A stretch of DNA of 64,000 bases, taken from positions 9,380 to 73,379 of the forward strand of contig JANQLJ010000014.1 of NCBI GenBank assembly GCA_028280665.1. Reading direction: 5' to 3'. A program made the position numbers and the translations under genes. Numbering within the stretch: position 1 is the stretch's first letter; the number at the start of each line of letters is the position of its first letter. Of this stretch, positions 40,839 through 50,157 are shown in pieces. The stretch is from Alphaproteobacteria bacterium (GTDB taxonomy: Bacteria > Pseudomonadota > Alphaproteobacteria > JAJFIK01). The notes below the pieces were generated by a model that saw nothing but the letters and a program-made list of their open reading frames with translations, searched no databases and had not been told where the DNA came from.

Positions 40839-40915
40839 TGGTAGCGGAGGAGGGACTCGAACCCCCGACACGCGGATTATGATTCCGCTGCTCTAACCAG
40901 CTGAGCTACTCCGCC
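40839..40915 (-). tRNA. tRNA-Met (anticodon CAT; elongator-type, Ile2/lysidine not excluded)
   Basis: Reverse complement GGCGGAGTAGCTCAGCTGGTTAGAGCAGCGGAATCATAATCCGCGTGTCGGGGGTTCGAGTCCCTCCTCCGCTACCA folds as a cloverleaf with anticodon loop AT-CAT-AA. Confidence 0.85.
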
Positions 40916-41091
40916 CCAAGGGGGTGCCGGCGCGGCTTGGATTATCAAGGCCCGGCAGAGTTCGCGATTTACGGGCGCCGCACGCGAGTGTCAAGGCGGG
41001 TATCAAAGCAGGTCGGCCCGGGCCGTCCGAATCCGGGCATGATGCCCGCGGCGTTATCGCCGCCCTCTTTACGCCCAAGGAGCCCCGCGCG

Positions 41092-41559
41092 ATGCCGGTC
41101 CGGCCCATGACCCCCGACGATGCCGCCGCGGTGATCGCCATCTACGCGGACGGCATCGCCAGTTTCAACGCCACCTTCGACACCGACCCCGGCACCTGGG
41201 AGGCATGGGACGCGCGGTTTCTGCCCGCCTGCCGTCTCGTCATGGAAGCGGGCGGCGCGGTGGCGGGATGGGCGGCGCTCTCGGCCGCCTCGTCCCGCCC
41301 GGTCTATCGCGGCGTTGCTGAAGTGAGCCTCTATGTCGCCGCCGCCGAAAGAGGCCACGGCCATGGCAAGGCGCTGATGGCGGCGCTTATCAAAGCATCG
41401 GAAGCGGCCGGGTTCTGGACCTTGCAGGCGCATATCTTTCCTGAAAACGAGGCGAGCCTTCGCTTGCATGAAACGCACGGGTTCCGCGTGGTCGGCCGCC
41501 GCGAGCGCATGGGGCTTATGGAGCTTGGCCCCTCAAGGGCCAGTGGCGTGATTGCGTAG
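41092..41559 (+). CDS. GNAT acetyltransferase (phosphinothricin-acetyltransferase-like)
   Basis: Start at MPVRPMTPDDAAAV. RGHGHGKALM motif. About 155 aa. Confidence 0.7.
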   Translation: MPVRPMTPDDAAAVIAIYADGIASFNATFDTDPGTWEAWDARFLPACRLVMEAGGAVAGWAALSAASSRPVYRGVAEVSLYVAAAERGHGHGKALMAALIKASEAAGFWTLQAHIFPENEASLRLHETHGFRVVGRRERMGLMELGPSRASGVIA

Positions 41560-41598
41560 TGATGGAGCGGCGCTCGGCAATCGTGGGCGCGGGCTGAC

Positions 41599-42762
41599 TT
41601 ACGACGCCCGCTTAATCCAGCCGCCCCCAAGGACGCGGCTTCCCGAAGGGTCTGGATCATAGAAGACCGCGGCCTGGCCCGGCGCCACGGCTTCTTCGGG
41701 CCGGTCAAGATGAACCGCAAGGCTATCCCCTGCCCCCTCAAGCCGTTTAAGCCGGCCTGGCACCGGCGGGCGGGTCGAGCGCACTTTCACGCGCACGTCT
41801 TGGCCGTGCGGATCGCCGTCGCCGAGCCAGTTCACCTCGCCCACATGGATCACGCTCGTGCCCAACGCCTCCCGAGGGCCCACCACGACCTCGCGGCGTT
41901 CCGCATCGAGCCGCACCACATAAAGCGGTTCGCCGCCTGCAATGCCAAGCCCGCGCCGCTGGCCCACCGTATAATGAATAATGCCCGGATGAGTGCCGAG
42001 CACGTCGCCATCGACGCTCACGATCTCGCCCGATTCCGCTGCGCCGGGGCGCAGCTTGGCGATAACGTCCGTGTACTTCCCATCGGGCACGAAACAGATG
42101 TCCTGGCTGTCGGGCTTTTGCGCCACCTTGAGCCCGAAGCGCGCGGCGATATCGCGCGTTTCCGCCTTCGGCAAGCCGCCAAGCGGAAAGCGCAAGTATT
42201 CGAGTTGCCCGCGCGTGGTGGTGAAAAGGAAATAGCTTTGGTCGCGCGCCGGGTCCGCCGCTGTGTGCAGCTCGGGCCCGCGGGCACCCTCTTCCCGCCG
42301 GACATAGTGCCCGGTGGCAAGACAATCCGCCCCCAGATCTTTTGCCGTTGCCAGAAGATCGCGGAACTTGACGCGTTCGTTGCAGCGCACGCAAGGGATC
42401 GGCGTTGCGCCCGCAAGATAGGTGTCGACGAAATCGTCCATGACCGAGCCGCGAAAGCGGCTTTCATAATCGAGCACGTAGTGGGGGAAGCCCAAATCGG
42501 CGGCCACTTTGCGGGCGTCGTGAATGTCTTGCCCCGCACAACAGGCGCCCTTGCGCCGTACCGCTTCGCCGTGGTCATAAAGCTGCAGCGTGATGCCGAC
42601 CACGTCGTAGCCTTGTTCCGCGAGGAGCGCCGCGGTCACCGAGCTGTCCACGCCCCCCGACATGGCCACGACCACGCGGGTTTCGGCCGGGGCCTTGGCA
42701 AAGCCCAGGGTGTTCAATTGAGCCGTGGCGCGGCTGCGCGCGGGTGTGGCAATTCCGGTCAT
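41599..42762 (-). CDS. mnmA: tRNA 2-thiouridine(34) synthase MnmA
   Basis: PP-loop [12 protein letters not shown] and catalytic Cys region [13 protein letters not shown]. Start trimmed to MTGIATP. Confidence 0.9.
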   Translation of the reverse strand: MTGIATPARSRATAQLNTLGFAKAPAETRVVVAMSGGVDSSVTAALLAEQGYDVVGITLQLYDHGEAVRRKGACCAGQDIHDARKVAADLGFPHYVLDYESRFRGSVMDDFVDTYLAGATPIPCVRCNERVKFRDLLATAKDLGADCLATGHYVRREEGARGPELHTAADPARDQSYFLFTTTRGQLEYLRFPLGGLPKAETRDIAARFGLKVAQKPDSQDICFVPDGKYTDVIAKLRPGAAESGEIVSVDGDVLGTHPGIIHYTVGQRRGLGIAGGEPLYVVRLDAERREVVVGPREALGTSVIHVGEVNWLGDGDPHGQDVRVKVRSTRPPVPGRLKRLEGAGDSLAVHLDRPEEAVAPGQAAVFYDPDPSGSRVLGGGWIKRAS

Positions 42763-42847
42763 GAGGCGGCAATATAGGGGCAACGCCGCACTAAGCAATA
42801 TGAGGGGCCAGGTAAGGGATAAGACAGGGGACAAGGCGGGGAAAGAG

Positions 42848-43474
42848 ATGCGCGGATTTGTACTAGGACTGGCGGCTTTGGCGCTCGGCGGATGCATGGG
42901 CGGCTATGACCTCGCCCACCCCAATGTGCTGGGAAACGTGGACCGCACTTCGGACTGGGAGGCATTTCAGTATTGCGGCGGGTGGGGTTGCTCGGACCCT
43001 CACGAGGCCGGCTTCACGCCCGATGAATGGGCGCAAGTGATCGCCGTTATGGCGCCGCCAGCCCGCTCTGCCGAGGCCGAGCGCGCGAACATCGGCCACG
43101 CCATCGGCGTGATGGAATCCGTGATCGGCGGCAAGACCGGCTATGACCGCGACCGCGCCGGAACCGGCAGCGGCATCTTTCAGCCCGGCCAGCTCGACTG
43201 TTATTCGGAAGCGGCCAACTCCTCGACCTTTATTCACCTCCTTAACAATGCGGAGCTTTTGCACTTCCACGAGCCCGCCGACCCGATCATGCGCGGGCAG
43301 GCAACCTCGCGCTCGTGGCGGCAGACCCATGCCACCGCAGCCTTAACCGAACGTGAAAGCGGCACCCTCTACGCCATGGACAGCTGGTTCTTCCGCAACG
43401 GCCATCAGGCGGTCTCAGTGGAAGCGGAGATCTGGGCCGATGCCTGGGCCCCGCCGGGCGGCGCGGTTTTCTAA
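42848..43474 (+). CDS. Lipoprotein of unknown function
   Basis: Start at [16 protein letters not shown] (lipobox). ggggaaagag SD. Confidence 0.45.
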   Translation: MRGFVLGLAALALGGCMGGYDLAHPNVLGNVDRTSDWEAFQYCGGWGCSDPHEAGFTPDEWAQVIAVMAPPARSAEAERANIGHAIGVMESVIGGKTGYDRDRAGTGSGIFQPGQLDCYSEAANSSTFIHLLNNAELLHFHEPADPIMRGQATSRSWRQTHATAALTERESGTLYAMDSWFFRNGHQAVSVEAEIWADAWAPPGGAVF

Positions 43475-43653
43475 AGCCCCGCACCGCCGCACTCCGTTAA
43501 GATTCTCTTTACCCGGACGATCGCTTTTGCGCGCCGAAATGCTTTAAAATTTAGGAAATTCCAGCACGCCATTTTTACCACACAGCGAAGTCCTTCCTTA
43601 AATCCCTTCAGCTATGGTTGCGCCTTAGGTGCGGAGTAGTTGGGAGTTCGCAA

Positions 43654-43938
43654 ATGGTGGAGGAGAATAAATCCGGCCGTGCGTATGTTATTGGACCGGA
43701 TGGCAGCCCGCTGACGATAGCGGATCTGCCTCCCCCCGATACGAAGCGTTGGGTCATTCGCCGCAAGGCCGAAGTGGTTGCCGCTGTGCGCGGCGGCCTC
43801 ATCAGCCTCGAAGAGGCGTGTGAGCGCTATACGCTGACATTGGAAGAATTTCTGTCGTGGCAGCGCGCCATCGACAAACATGGCCTTGCCGGGCTGCGCG
43901 CCACGCGCGTTCAGCAATACCGCGGTAACTTCGGATAG
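43654..43938 (+). CDS. DUF1153-family small protein (SciP-like candidate)
   Basis: 95 aa. PPPDTKRWVIRRKAEVVAAVRGGLISLEEACERYTLTLEEFLSWQ resembles the alphaproteobacterial DUF1153/SciP helix-turn-helix family. The assignment is from memory. Confidence 0.5.
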   Translation: MVEENKSGRAYVIGPDGSPLTIADLPPPDTKRWVIRRKAEVVAAVRGGLISLEEACERYTLTLEEFLSWQRAIDKHGLAGLRATRVQQYRGNFG

Positions 43939-44421
43939 CCGCGCCTTGGGGCTGGTCGCTCGGGCCCCGTAAGGGGACTTTGAGATGGATCGGGCTTCGG
44001 CCCGGTCCATTCTTCTTTGGTGGCGGCTCCAGTTGCCCGCCCCCATCTACCGCAATATATACTTTTACATGTATAATTTAAAAAATGCACCCTTAAGTGC
44101 CTAAAGTTAATGCAACTACCCCTCTAGCTGCATTTTTGCACCGCAATGCCCTTTATCGGCGAAACAATTCGTCAAGTATTCGTCACAACTGTTGCAGAGA
44201 TGGCTCAGGTGTCCCGTTAAGCGACAACTGATTAAACGCGGCGCTGTATGGGCTTACCCAATTTCATTACTCTATCCGGTGAAAGGACCTGTCGGCCGGT
44301 TTTCGATCAGGGGTGGTCGCCCCGGCCGATGGCTTGTGGTTTCCGTCTCTCGACAGGGCGAGGCGGCAATCAGTCCGGTTAGTTTTGTACCCCCCGCTGG
44401 GCGGGGAAAAGGGGGATCGAT

Positions 44422-44784
44422 ATGGACTTCGGTAGCATGATGAATGACGTCATCAATGGGGTGACGGGTGTTGCCAACACCTTGACCGGCGACATGACGC
44501 TTCTGGCAATGGCAGGCATCGTGATTGTGCTTGCCGCACTCTTTATGAGCTCGCTCGAGCAGCTCATCTCGACCACCATGACGGCACTTTTCGCATACGT
44601 GGTGCTTCAGGTGGTGTGGGCCGCGTACAATTCAGAATGGGATTTCGCAGGCCCCGTGAACGGCGTATGGGATTCATTTGCGGGTGAGGCCGGGCTGACC
44701 TTCTTCGCCTTCATGATGTATTTCATCGTGTTCGCGGTGGGCATCGCCATTGTGAACATCATCAAGGGTATGGTCGCCGGCTAA
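44422..44784 (+). CDS. Small integral membrane protein (3 TM), hypothetical
   Basis: 120-aa hydrophobic ORF preceded by a long non-coding leader. Confidence 0.4.
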   Translation: MDFGSMMNDVINGVTGVANTLTGDMTLLAMAGIVIVLAALFMSSLEQLISTTMTALFAYVVLQVVWAAYNSEWDFAGPVNGVWDSFAGEAGLTFFAFMMYFIVFAVGIAIVNIIKGMVAG

Positions 44785-45002
44785 ACGCCTTTCCGGCCGA
44801 CCGTCCGGGCTGCATCGCCCGGAAGCCCAAATGGGGGGCATAGGGGCCCGTAGCGCGCACGGCGCGCCGGGCCCCTTTCCTATGCACGCATCATCCCCCT
44901 AATCCCTATGCCCTACTCCCCTGCCCCATAGGAATCTCCCGCAAAGCGCCTTAAAAAGGCGGGGCCACGTCAACGACCCAGCCCCCGGGGGAGCCCTCAC
45001 CC

Positions 45003-45557
45003 ATGCTGTCACTTCTGATCATTCTGGGCCTTTTGGTCCTTATCGCCATATATGTCATCGCCATCTACAACGGCCTTGTGGGCAAGCGCGCGCTTGTGGA
45101 GGAAGGCTGGAGCGGCATCGAAACCCAGCTCAAGCGCCGGGCAAACCTCATCCCCAATCTGGTGGAAACCGTGAAGGGCTATGCCGCGCACGAAAGCGGA
45201 ACCTTCGAGAAAGTAACGGAAATGCGCAGCCGGACCCTGGGCGCGGGCAGCGTTGCCGAGCGCGCCCAAGCCGAACAGCAACTCACGAGCGCCATCGGCA
45301 ACCTTTTTGCTGTGGCCGAGGCCTACCCGGACCTCAAGGCCAACCAGAACTTCCAGCAGCTGCAGACCGACCTCGCCGAGATCGAAAACGAGATCCAGCT
45401 TTCCCGCCGCTATTACAACGGGACCGTGCGCGATCTGAACATCATGGTGGAGACCTTCCCCAACAACCTGATCGCCGGACCGTTCGGCTTCAAAAAGGCC
45501 GAGTATTTCGAGATCGAAGACGACGCGGACCGCGCGGTGCCGGAAGTCCAGTTCTGA
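45003..45557 (+). CDS. lemA: LemA family protein
   Basis: N-terminal TM followed by GLVGKRALVEEGWSGIETQLKRRANLIPNLVETVKGYAAHE, the LemA signature. Confidence 0.8.
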   Translation: MLSLLIILGLLVLIAIYVIAIYNGLVGKRALVEEGWSGIETQLKRRANLIPNLVETVKGYAAHESGTFEKVTEMRSRTLGAGSVAERAQAEQQLTSAIGNLFAVAEAYPDLKANQNFQQLQTDLAEIENEIQLSRRYYNGTVRDLNIMVETFPNNLIAGPFGFKKAEYFEIEDDADRAVPEVQF

Positions 45558-47515
45558 TGCGCTCAAACCTGATGCGCCAAAGTCTGACGCATATAGGCCT
45601 CGGCCTCGCCGCGGCGATCGTCTTCACGCTTTCATCCCTTGCGGCATTCGCTCAGAAACCGGATAGCACATCGTTCTCGCCCGCGCGCGACGAGCGCATT
45701 CATCTTTACGCGACCGACATCGTTATTGAAGAAAGCGGCGATCTCATCGTCACTGAAACGATCACGGTGACGGCGCTGGGGCGGGACATTCGCCGCGGCA
45801 TCTACCGCGACTTCCCCACGCGCTACCGGGACCGTTATGGAAACCGCGTGCATGTCGGCTTTGAGGTTCTTGAGGTCACGCGCGACGGGCGGCCCGAGCC
45901 CTGGCATACAGAAAGCCGCGCCAACGGCGTGCGCACTTATGTGGGCGATGCAAACACCTTTCTCACCTCGGGCGTTTACACCTACGTCATCCGCTACCGC
46001 ACCACGCATCAGCTTTTCTTTGGCGACGAGTTTGATGAGCTCTATTTCACCGCCACGCCCACCGATTGGGTTTTTCCCATCGACCGGGCGGAGGTGACAG
46101 TGCACCTGCCGCAAGGCGCGTCCGCATTGACCGCCGAGGGCTACACGGGAAGTTTCGGGTTAAGGGAGCAAGCCTACACGGTTGACCGGAATGTGCCGGG
46201 GCTCGTTACGCTCTCCGCCGCCCGGCCCCTGCGTGCTCAAGAAGGCTTCACCATTGCGGTCTCATTCGAGAAGGGCCTCGTTGCCGCCCCCACGATGGCC
46301 GAGCGCACGGGCCGGGTCTTTTCAGACAACCTGCATCTGCTCATTGCGCTTCTGGGCGCGATTGCGGTCTTTGCTTACTACCATTGGGCTTGGGGGAGCG
46401 TCGGCCGCGACCCCGCCAAGGGCACGGTCGTGCCGCTGTTCGAGCCCCCCGAAGGGTTCTCCCCCGCCGCGGTGCGCTTTGTCGACCGCATGGGGTTCGA
46501 CCAAAGGGCCTTCACCGCCGCCATTATCGACATGGCGGTCAAGGGCTACCTCACCATCGAAGAGGAAGGCCGCACTTTCAAACTGGTCAAGGCGGCGGGG
46601 GATCCGAGCGTTCTTTCCCCGGGGGAGAAGAAGATCGCGGACAAGCTCCTGGGCACGCGAAGCTCGATCAAGCTGAAGCAAACCCATCACGCGACATTTT
46701 CATCCGCGATCTCTGCGCTTAAAAGCTCGCTCAAGCGCGAATACGAAGCTGCCAACTTCGTGCGCAACACCCAGTATATGATCCCGGGCGTTGCGGGAAC
46801 GCTGATCGTCCTCATCCTGATGGGGCTGACCTCGTTCGACCCCGGCGCCGCGATCATCGCCGCGCTGTGGCTGGGGGGCTGGACCGTCTTCGGCGGCGCC
46901 ATCGCCTATGTGGGCTATGAGAAGATTACCGAGGGCGGCCTTGCGAGCATATTGCTTGGCGTTTTCTTTCTGGTGCTGGCCCTCGCGCTCGTGGGTGTGG
47001 GAACGCTTTTCTACTTTACGCTTGGGGCGCCGTTCAGCGGCGTTGCGCTTGTCTTTGCCATCTTCATGGCGGCGCTCACCCCGCTTTACTTTGATCTCCT
47101 AAAAGCGCCCACCGCCAAGGGCCGCAAGATCATGGACCAGATCGAAGGCTTTCGCATGTATCTCTCCACCGCCGAACGCCACCGGCTTGAGGGGCTGCAC
47201 CCGCCCGAGAAAACGCCCGAATTGTTTGAGAAGTACCTGCCATACGCGCTGGCGCTCGAAGTGGAAAACAAATGGAGCGAGCAGTTCGACGACGTGCTGA
47301 AGGCCGCCGCGGTCGAGGGCGAGACCTACCACCCCCACTGGTATCACGGCACCCGCTGGCACAGATACGGAGCGGCCGGGTTTGGCGGCGCCATCGCCAG
47401 CTCGGTCACCAGCTCCATCGCGGCGGCTGCAACGGCGCCGGGTTCCAGCTCCGGCGTGGGCGGCGGCGGGTTTTCTGGTGGTGGAGGTGGCGGCGGAGGT
47501 GGCGGCGGCTGGTAG
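45557..47515 (+). CDS. DUF2207-type membrane protein (LemA partner) with a C-terminal poly-Gly tail
   Basis: ATGA-coupled to lemA. Signal/TM at the N-terminus, multi-TM central region, terminal GGGFSGGGGGGGGGGGW. Confidence 0.65.
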   Translation: MRSNLMRQSLTHIGLGLAAAIVFTLSSLAAFAQKPDSTSFSPARDERIHLYATDIVIEESGDLIVTETITVTALGRDIRRGIYRDFPTRYRDRYGNRVHVGFEVLEVTRDGRPEPWHTESRANGVRTYVGDANTFLTSGVYTYVIRYRTTHQLFFGDEFDELYFTATPTDWVFPIDRAEVTVHLPQGASALTAEGYTGSFGLREQAYTVDRNVPGLVTLSAARPLRAQEGFTIAVSFEKGLVAAPTMAERTGRVFSDNLHLLIALLGAIAVFAYYHWAWGSVGRDPAKGTVVPLFEPPEGFSPAAVRFVDRMGFDQRAFTAAIIDMAVKGYLTIEEEGRTFKLVKAAGDPSVLSPGEKKIADKLLGTRSSIKLKQTHHATFSSAISALKSSLKREYEAANFVRNTQYMIPGVAGTLIVLILMGLTSFDPGAAIIAALWLGGWTVFGGAIAYVGYEKITEGGLASILLGVFFLVLALALVGVGTLFYFTLGAPFSGVALVFAIFMAALTPLYFDLLKAPTAKGRKIMDQIEGFRMYLSTAERHRLEGLHPPEKTPELFEKYLPYALALEVENKWSEQFDDVLKAAAVEGETYHPHWYHGTRWHRYGAAGFGGAIASSVTSSIAAAATAPGSSSGVGGGGFSGGGGGGGGGGGW

Positions 47516-47628
47516 GGCCGCGGTCAGGATACTCGATCCCAACCATCATATCGCACAACTAAAAGCCGATGTTGAGACGATGTGCTGATTTAAGGTAGTG
47601 TCACGTTTGGTTCTACTTTGGAGCGGAA

Positions 47629-48276
47629 ATGGCGCTATCCGAGCAACTAATCAGCTTCTTACAGTTTTTGTTGCCCGGCTTTCTTGCCGCTTGGGTTTTC
47701 TATGGTTTTGTTCCCCACACTAAGCCAAACCAATTTGAAAGAATCATAGAAGCATTAGTCTTTACACTGATTATTCAGGCAATCGTTAGAATCGAAGAGC
47801 CGTTGTTTCTTTGGATTGGCCAATGGATAAGTATTGGTGAATGGACCAGGCAGTCTGAAGCATTGGCACCAAGTGCAACCGCTATTGTCATAGGAATCAC
47901 TTTTGCGTTTTGCGTGAACAAGGACTTCCCACATTGGATATTGCGATTGGTCGGCATGACACGCGAGACGACTGGTCCGAATGAGTGGTTTCGCGCTTTC
48001 TACGAAGATGTAACGTATATCGTGTTGCACCTAAAGGACGGGAGACGACTTTATGGTTGGCCCGCACGATTTCCATCTACACCGAACAGTGGGGAGTTCG
48101 TGATTAGATATCCGGCTTGGGTTCACGTAGCTGACAACGAAGATCTCAAAGATGTAACCTCAATACTAATTAGTGCGACCGAGGTTGAATGGGTTGAGTT
48201 TCTAAGAAAGGATTGGAAAGGCAATGGGAAATGGCAGAAAATCTGGAGAAGGTGGTGGAAAGCGCCATATCAATGA
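47629..48276 (+). CDS. Low-GC 215-aa membrane protein (3 N-terminal TM plus a soluble C-terminal domain), unknown function
   Basis: Sits in a ~1 kb AT-rich islet. TM helices are LISFLQFLLPGFLAAWVFYGFV, IIEALVFTLIIQAIV and SATAIVIGITFAFCV. Confidence 0.45.
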   Translation: MALSEQLISFLQFLLPGFLAAWVFYGFVPHTKPNQFERIIEALVFTLIIQAIVRIEEPLFLWIGQWISIGEWTRQSEALAPSATAIVIGITFAFCVNKDFPHWILRLVGMTRETTGPNEWFRAFYEDVTYIVLHLKDGRRLYGWPARFPSTPNSGEFVIRYPAWVHVADNEDLKDVTSILISATEVEWVEFLRKDWKGNGKWQKIWRRWWKAPYQ

Positions 48277-48403
48277 GGGGCTCAACGCACCACCACCACC
48301 AAAGACCAATGTCAAGCCACCACCACCACCACCACCACCTCCTCCTCCTCCCCCCGAAAAGGGCCCGCCAAGAGGTGGTGAAAGTACTGGTGGCGAGAAC
48401 TAG
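48224..48403 (+). CDS. Possible 59-aa poly-proline small ORF (MGNGRKSGEGGGKRHINEGLNAPPPPKTNVKPPPPPPPPPPPPEKGPPRGGESTGGEN)
   Basis: Hand translation of the +1 frame relative to the preceding gene. Encoded across (CCA)n(CCT)n(CCC) tracts. Below the ORF-track cutoff. Its 5' end overlaps the upstream gene by 53 nt. Confidence 0.25.
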   Translation: MGNGRKSGEGGGKRHINEGLNAPPPPKTNVKPPPPPPPPPPPPPEKGPPRGGESTGGEN

Positions 48404-48422
48404 GTCAGATAACTGGGAAAGG

Positions 48423-48575
48423 TATGACAATGAGTAAGGAAAGAGGCACCCCCCCTCCATCGACAGACGGTGGACAAAGCGGAGTAAACAAGGGGCAAAA
48501 TGATGGAAAACCACCCCCAACGCAGGTCAAACCGCCACCACCGCCGCCGCCGCCACCTCCTCCAAAAAAGGACTA
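48423..48575 (+). CDS. Possible 50-aa poly-proline small ORF (MTMSKERGTPPPSTDGGQSGVNKGQNDGKPPPTQVKPPPPPPPPPPPKKD)
   Basis: Hand translation. A (CCG/CCA/CCT)n tract encodes an 11-Pro run. Confidence 0.25.
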
Positions 48576-48594
48576 GTGGCAGGAGCGGACGTAA

Positions 48595-48996
48595 CTAGAC
48601 CGCGCTGCGGCGCTGGGTGCCTGTCGCCATGGCGCCGACGGCCATGGGCGCGGGCGTGCCTTTGCGCTGCTGTTCGGTGCGCTCGGAGTTTTCGAAGGTC
48701 TGCAGCTCACGGAGCGCCTGGGCGAGTTCCTCGCGCACATCGATGATCTGCTCGACGATTTCACCCGCCGAGCGCTGCAAATTGGCCTGACGGTCCCTTA
48801 CGGATTTGAGGAAGGTCGGAAAGGCAACTCGCCCGATGTGGCTGTCTTTTGAACGGACCCGCTCGCGGTCGAGGGTTTCGTCCAGTTGCTCGCGCCGCGC
48901 CAGAAGCTCGGCCCGCATGGACTCAAGACCCGCCAGCTTTTCGCGGATCTGATCGACTTTGTGTTGCTGCAGACGAGCCAGCGATTGTTTCGTCAT
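48595..48996 (-). CDS. FliJ-like coiled-coil protein (flagellar export chaperone family candidate)
   Basis: Start at MTKQSLARLQQHK. About 133 aa. Heptad-rich (REKLAGLESMRAELLARREQLDETL). Divergent from ctrA. Confidence 0.4.
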   Translation of the reverse strand: MTKQSLARLQQHKVDQIREKLAGLESMRAELLARREQLDETLDRERVRSKDSHIGRVAFPTFLKSVRDRQANLQRSAGEIVEQIIDVREELAQALRELQTFENSERTEQQRKGTPAPMAVGAMATGTQRRSAV

Positions 48997-49327
48997 CTGC
49001 AAGTCCCTTCCCTTCCACCGCCAGGCGGGAGCTAGATGCGCTCCTTGCGGGGACCCCTCCCCGTCCAAGCCCGCGGGAAACCCCCACGCCTTGGAAACCT
49101 TGGCTTTACCTAACCGTCCCTGAACCCTAACGGGCCGGGCTTAAGCGCCGGTGAACGGCAGAGCAAAAACCGCGCCGGGCCCCTTTGGCACACGGCCGAA
49201 TGGTGCGGAATCGCGCAGATTCCCTGCGATTATCACGAATCAATCCCTATAGTCGCCTCGGAAGCGTGTGCCCCGGAAGGGATCGTTAACTCTTTGTTTG
49301 CGGTCCCTCCTTAACCTTCCTTGACGA

Positions 49328-49335
49328 TTAACCAT
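49328..49335 (+). promoter_or_regulatory. CtrA-type half-site TTAACCAT upstream of ctrA
   Basis: Exact 8-mer about 55 bp upstream of the ctrA ATG. Autoregulation of ctrA is known from Caulobacter. Confidence 0.35.
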
Positions 49336-49389
49336 GAGGTCTTTCAGGGGGGCTCCTGGGACCGGGGTCACAGGGAAGCGAGGTGTCCG

Positions 49390-50082
49390 ATGCGAGTGCT
49401 ACTCATCGAGGACGATAGCGCGACGGCGCAAAGCATCGATCTGATGCTCAAGTCCGAGGGGTTCAACGTCTATGTGACGGATCTGGGTGAAGAGGGCGTA
49501 GATCTGGGGAAAATCTACGATTTCGACATCATTCTGCTGGATTTGAACCTGCCCGACATGAACGGGTTCGAGGTTCTTAAAACGCTCAGGACATCCAAGA
49601 TCGGCACGCCGATCCTCATTCTTTCCGGCCTGGCGGGCATCGAGAACAAGGTGCGGGGCCTGGGCTTCGGCGCCGACGATTATATGACCAAGCCCTTCCA
49701 CAAGGACGAGCTAATCGCGCGCATTCATGCCATCGTGCGCCGCTCGAAGGGTCATTCGGAGTCAGTCATCTCCACCGGCAAGCTCAAGGTGAATCTCGAC
49801 GCCAAGACCGTTGAGGTGGACAGCCAGCCGGTGCACCTGACGGGCAAGGAATACCAAATGTTGGAGCTACTTTCGCTCCGCAAGGGCACAACGCTCACCA
49901 AGGAAATGTTCCTCAATCATCTCTATGGCGGGATGGACGAGCCCGAACTCAAAATCATCGATGTGTTCATCTGCAAGCTACGCAAGAAACTGGCCGCGGC
50001 GACCGGCGGTGACCATTACATCGAAACCGTATGGGGCCGTGGCTACGTGCTGCGTGACCCTGTTGAGGAAGCGGCGGCGTAA
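49390..50082 (+). CDS. ctrA: Cell-cycle response regulator CtrA (OmpR family)
   Basis: [57 protein letters not shown]… is near-identical to the canonical CtrA over the receiver domain and the winged helix. Confidence 0.93.
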   Translation: MRVLLIEDDSATAQSIDLMLKSEGFNVYVTDLGEEGVDLGKIYDFDIILLDLNLPDMNGFEVLKTLRTSKIGTPILILSGLAGIENKVRGLGFGADDYMTKPFHKDELIARIHAIVRRSKGHSESVISTGKLKVNLDAKTVEVDSQPVHLTGKEYQMLELLSLRKGTTLTKEMFLNHLYGGMDEPELKIIDVFICKLRKKLAAATGGDHYIETVWGRGYVLRDPVEEAAA

Positions 50083-50110
50083 CACGTCACTCCCTGACTT
50101 CAGCACCGAA

Positions 50111-50138
50111 GGCGCCCCTGTTCGGGGCGCCTTTTTGT
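50111..50138 (+). terminator. Intrinsic terminator after ctrA
   Basis: GGCGCCCCTGTTCGGGGCGCC hairpin followed by TTTTTGTT. Confidence 0.6.
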
Positions 50139-50157
50139 TGGAGGGCAAGTTGGAGGC

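Noticed and set aside
41710-42777. 355-aa plus-strand ORF antisense to mnmA; also 51545..52447 antisense to cysQ, 58289..59449 antisense to serC, 61442..62473 antisense to glmM, 11180..11935 antisense to nfeD, 55869..57017 across purA/serA
   Set aside because: All overlap strongly supported genes on the other strand and show arginine-rich, stop-free GC artefact composition.
48213-48437. ORF-track 74-aa reading frame with His7 and Leu4 runs (MERQWEMAENLE…HHHHHHHLLLLPP)
   Set aside because: The same trinucleotide-repeat DNA read in another frame. The proline frames (48224..48403, 48423..48575) at least have start codons positioned after stops. None of the three is secure, so the His frame is not reported as a feature.
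49069-49389. Full CtrA box TTAA-N7-TTAAC in the ctrA promoter
   Set aside because: Only the half-site TTAACCAT and a TTAAC-N12-TTAAC arrangement are present. Spacing does not fit the canonical full box, so only the half-site is reported, at low confidence.
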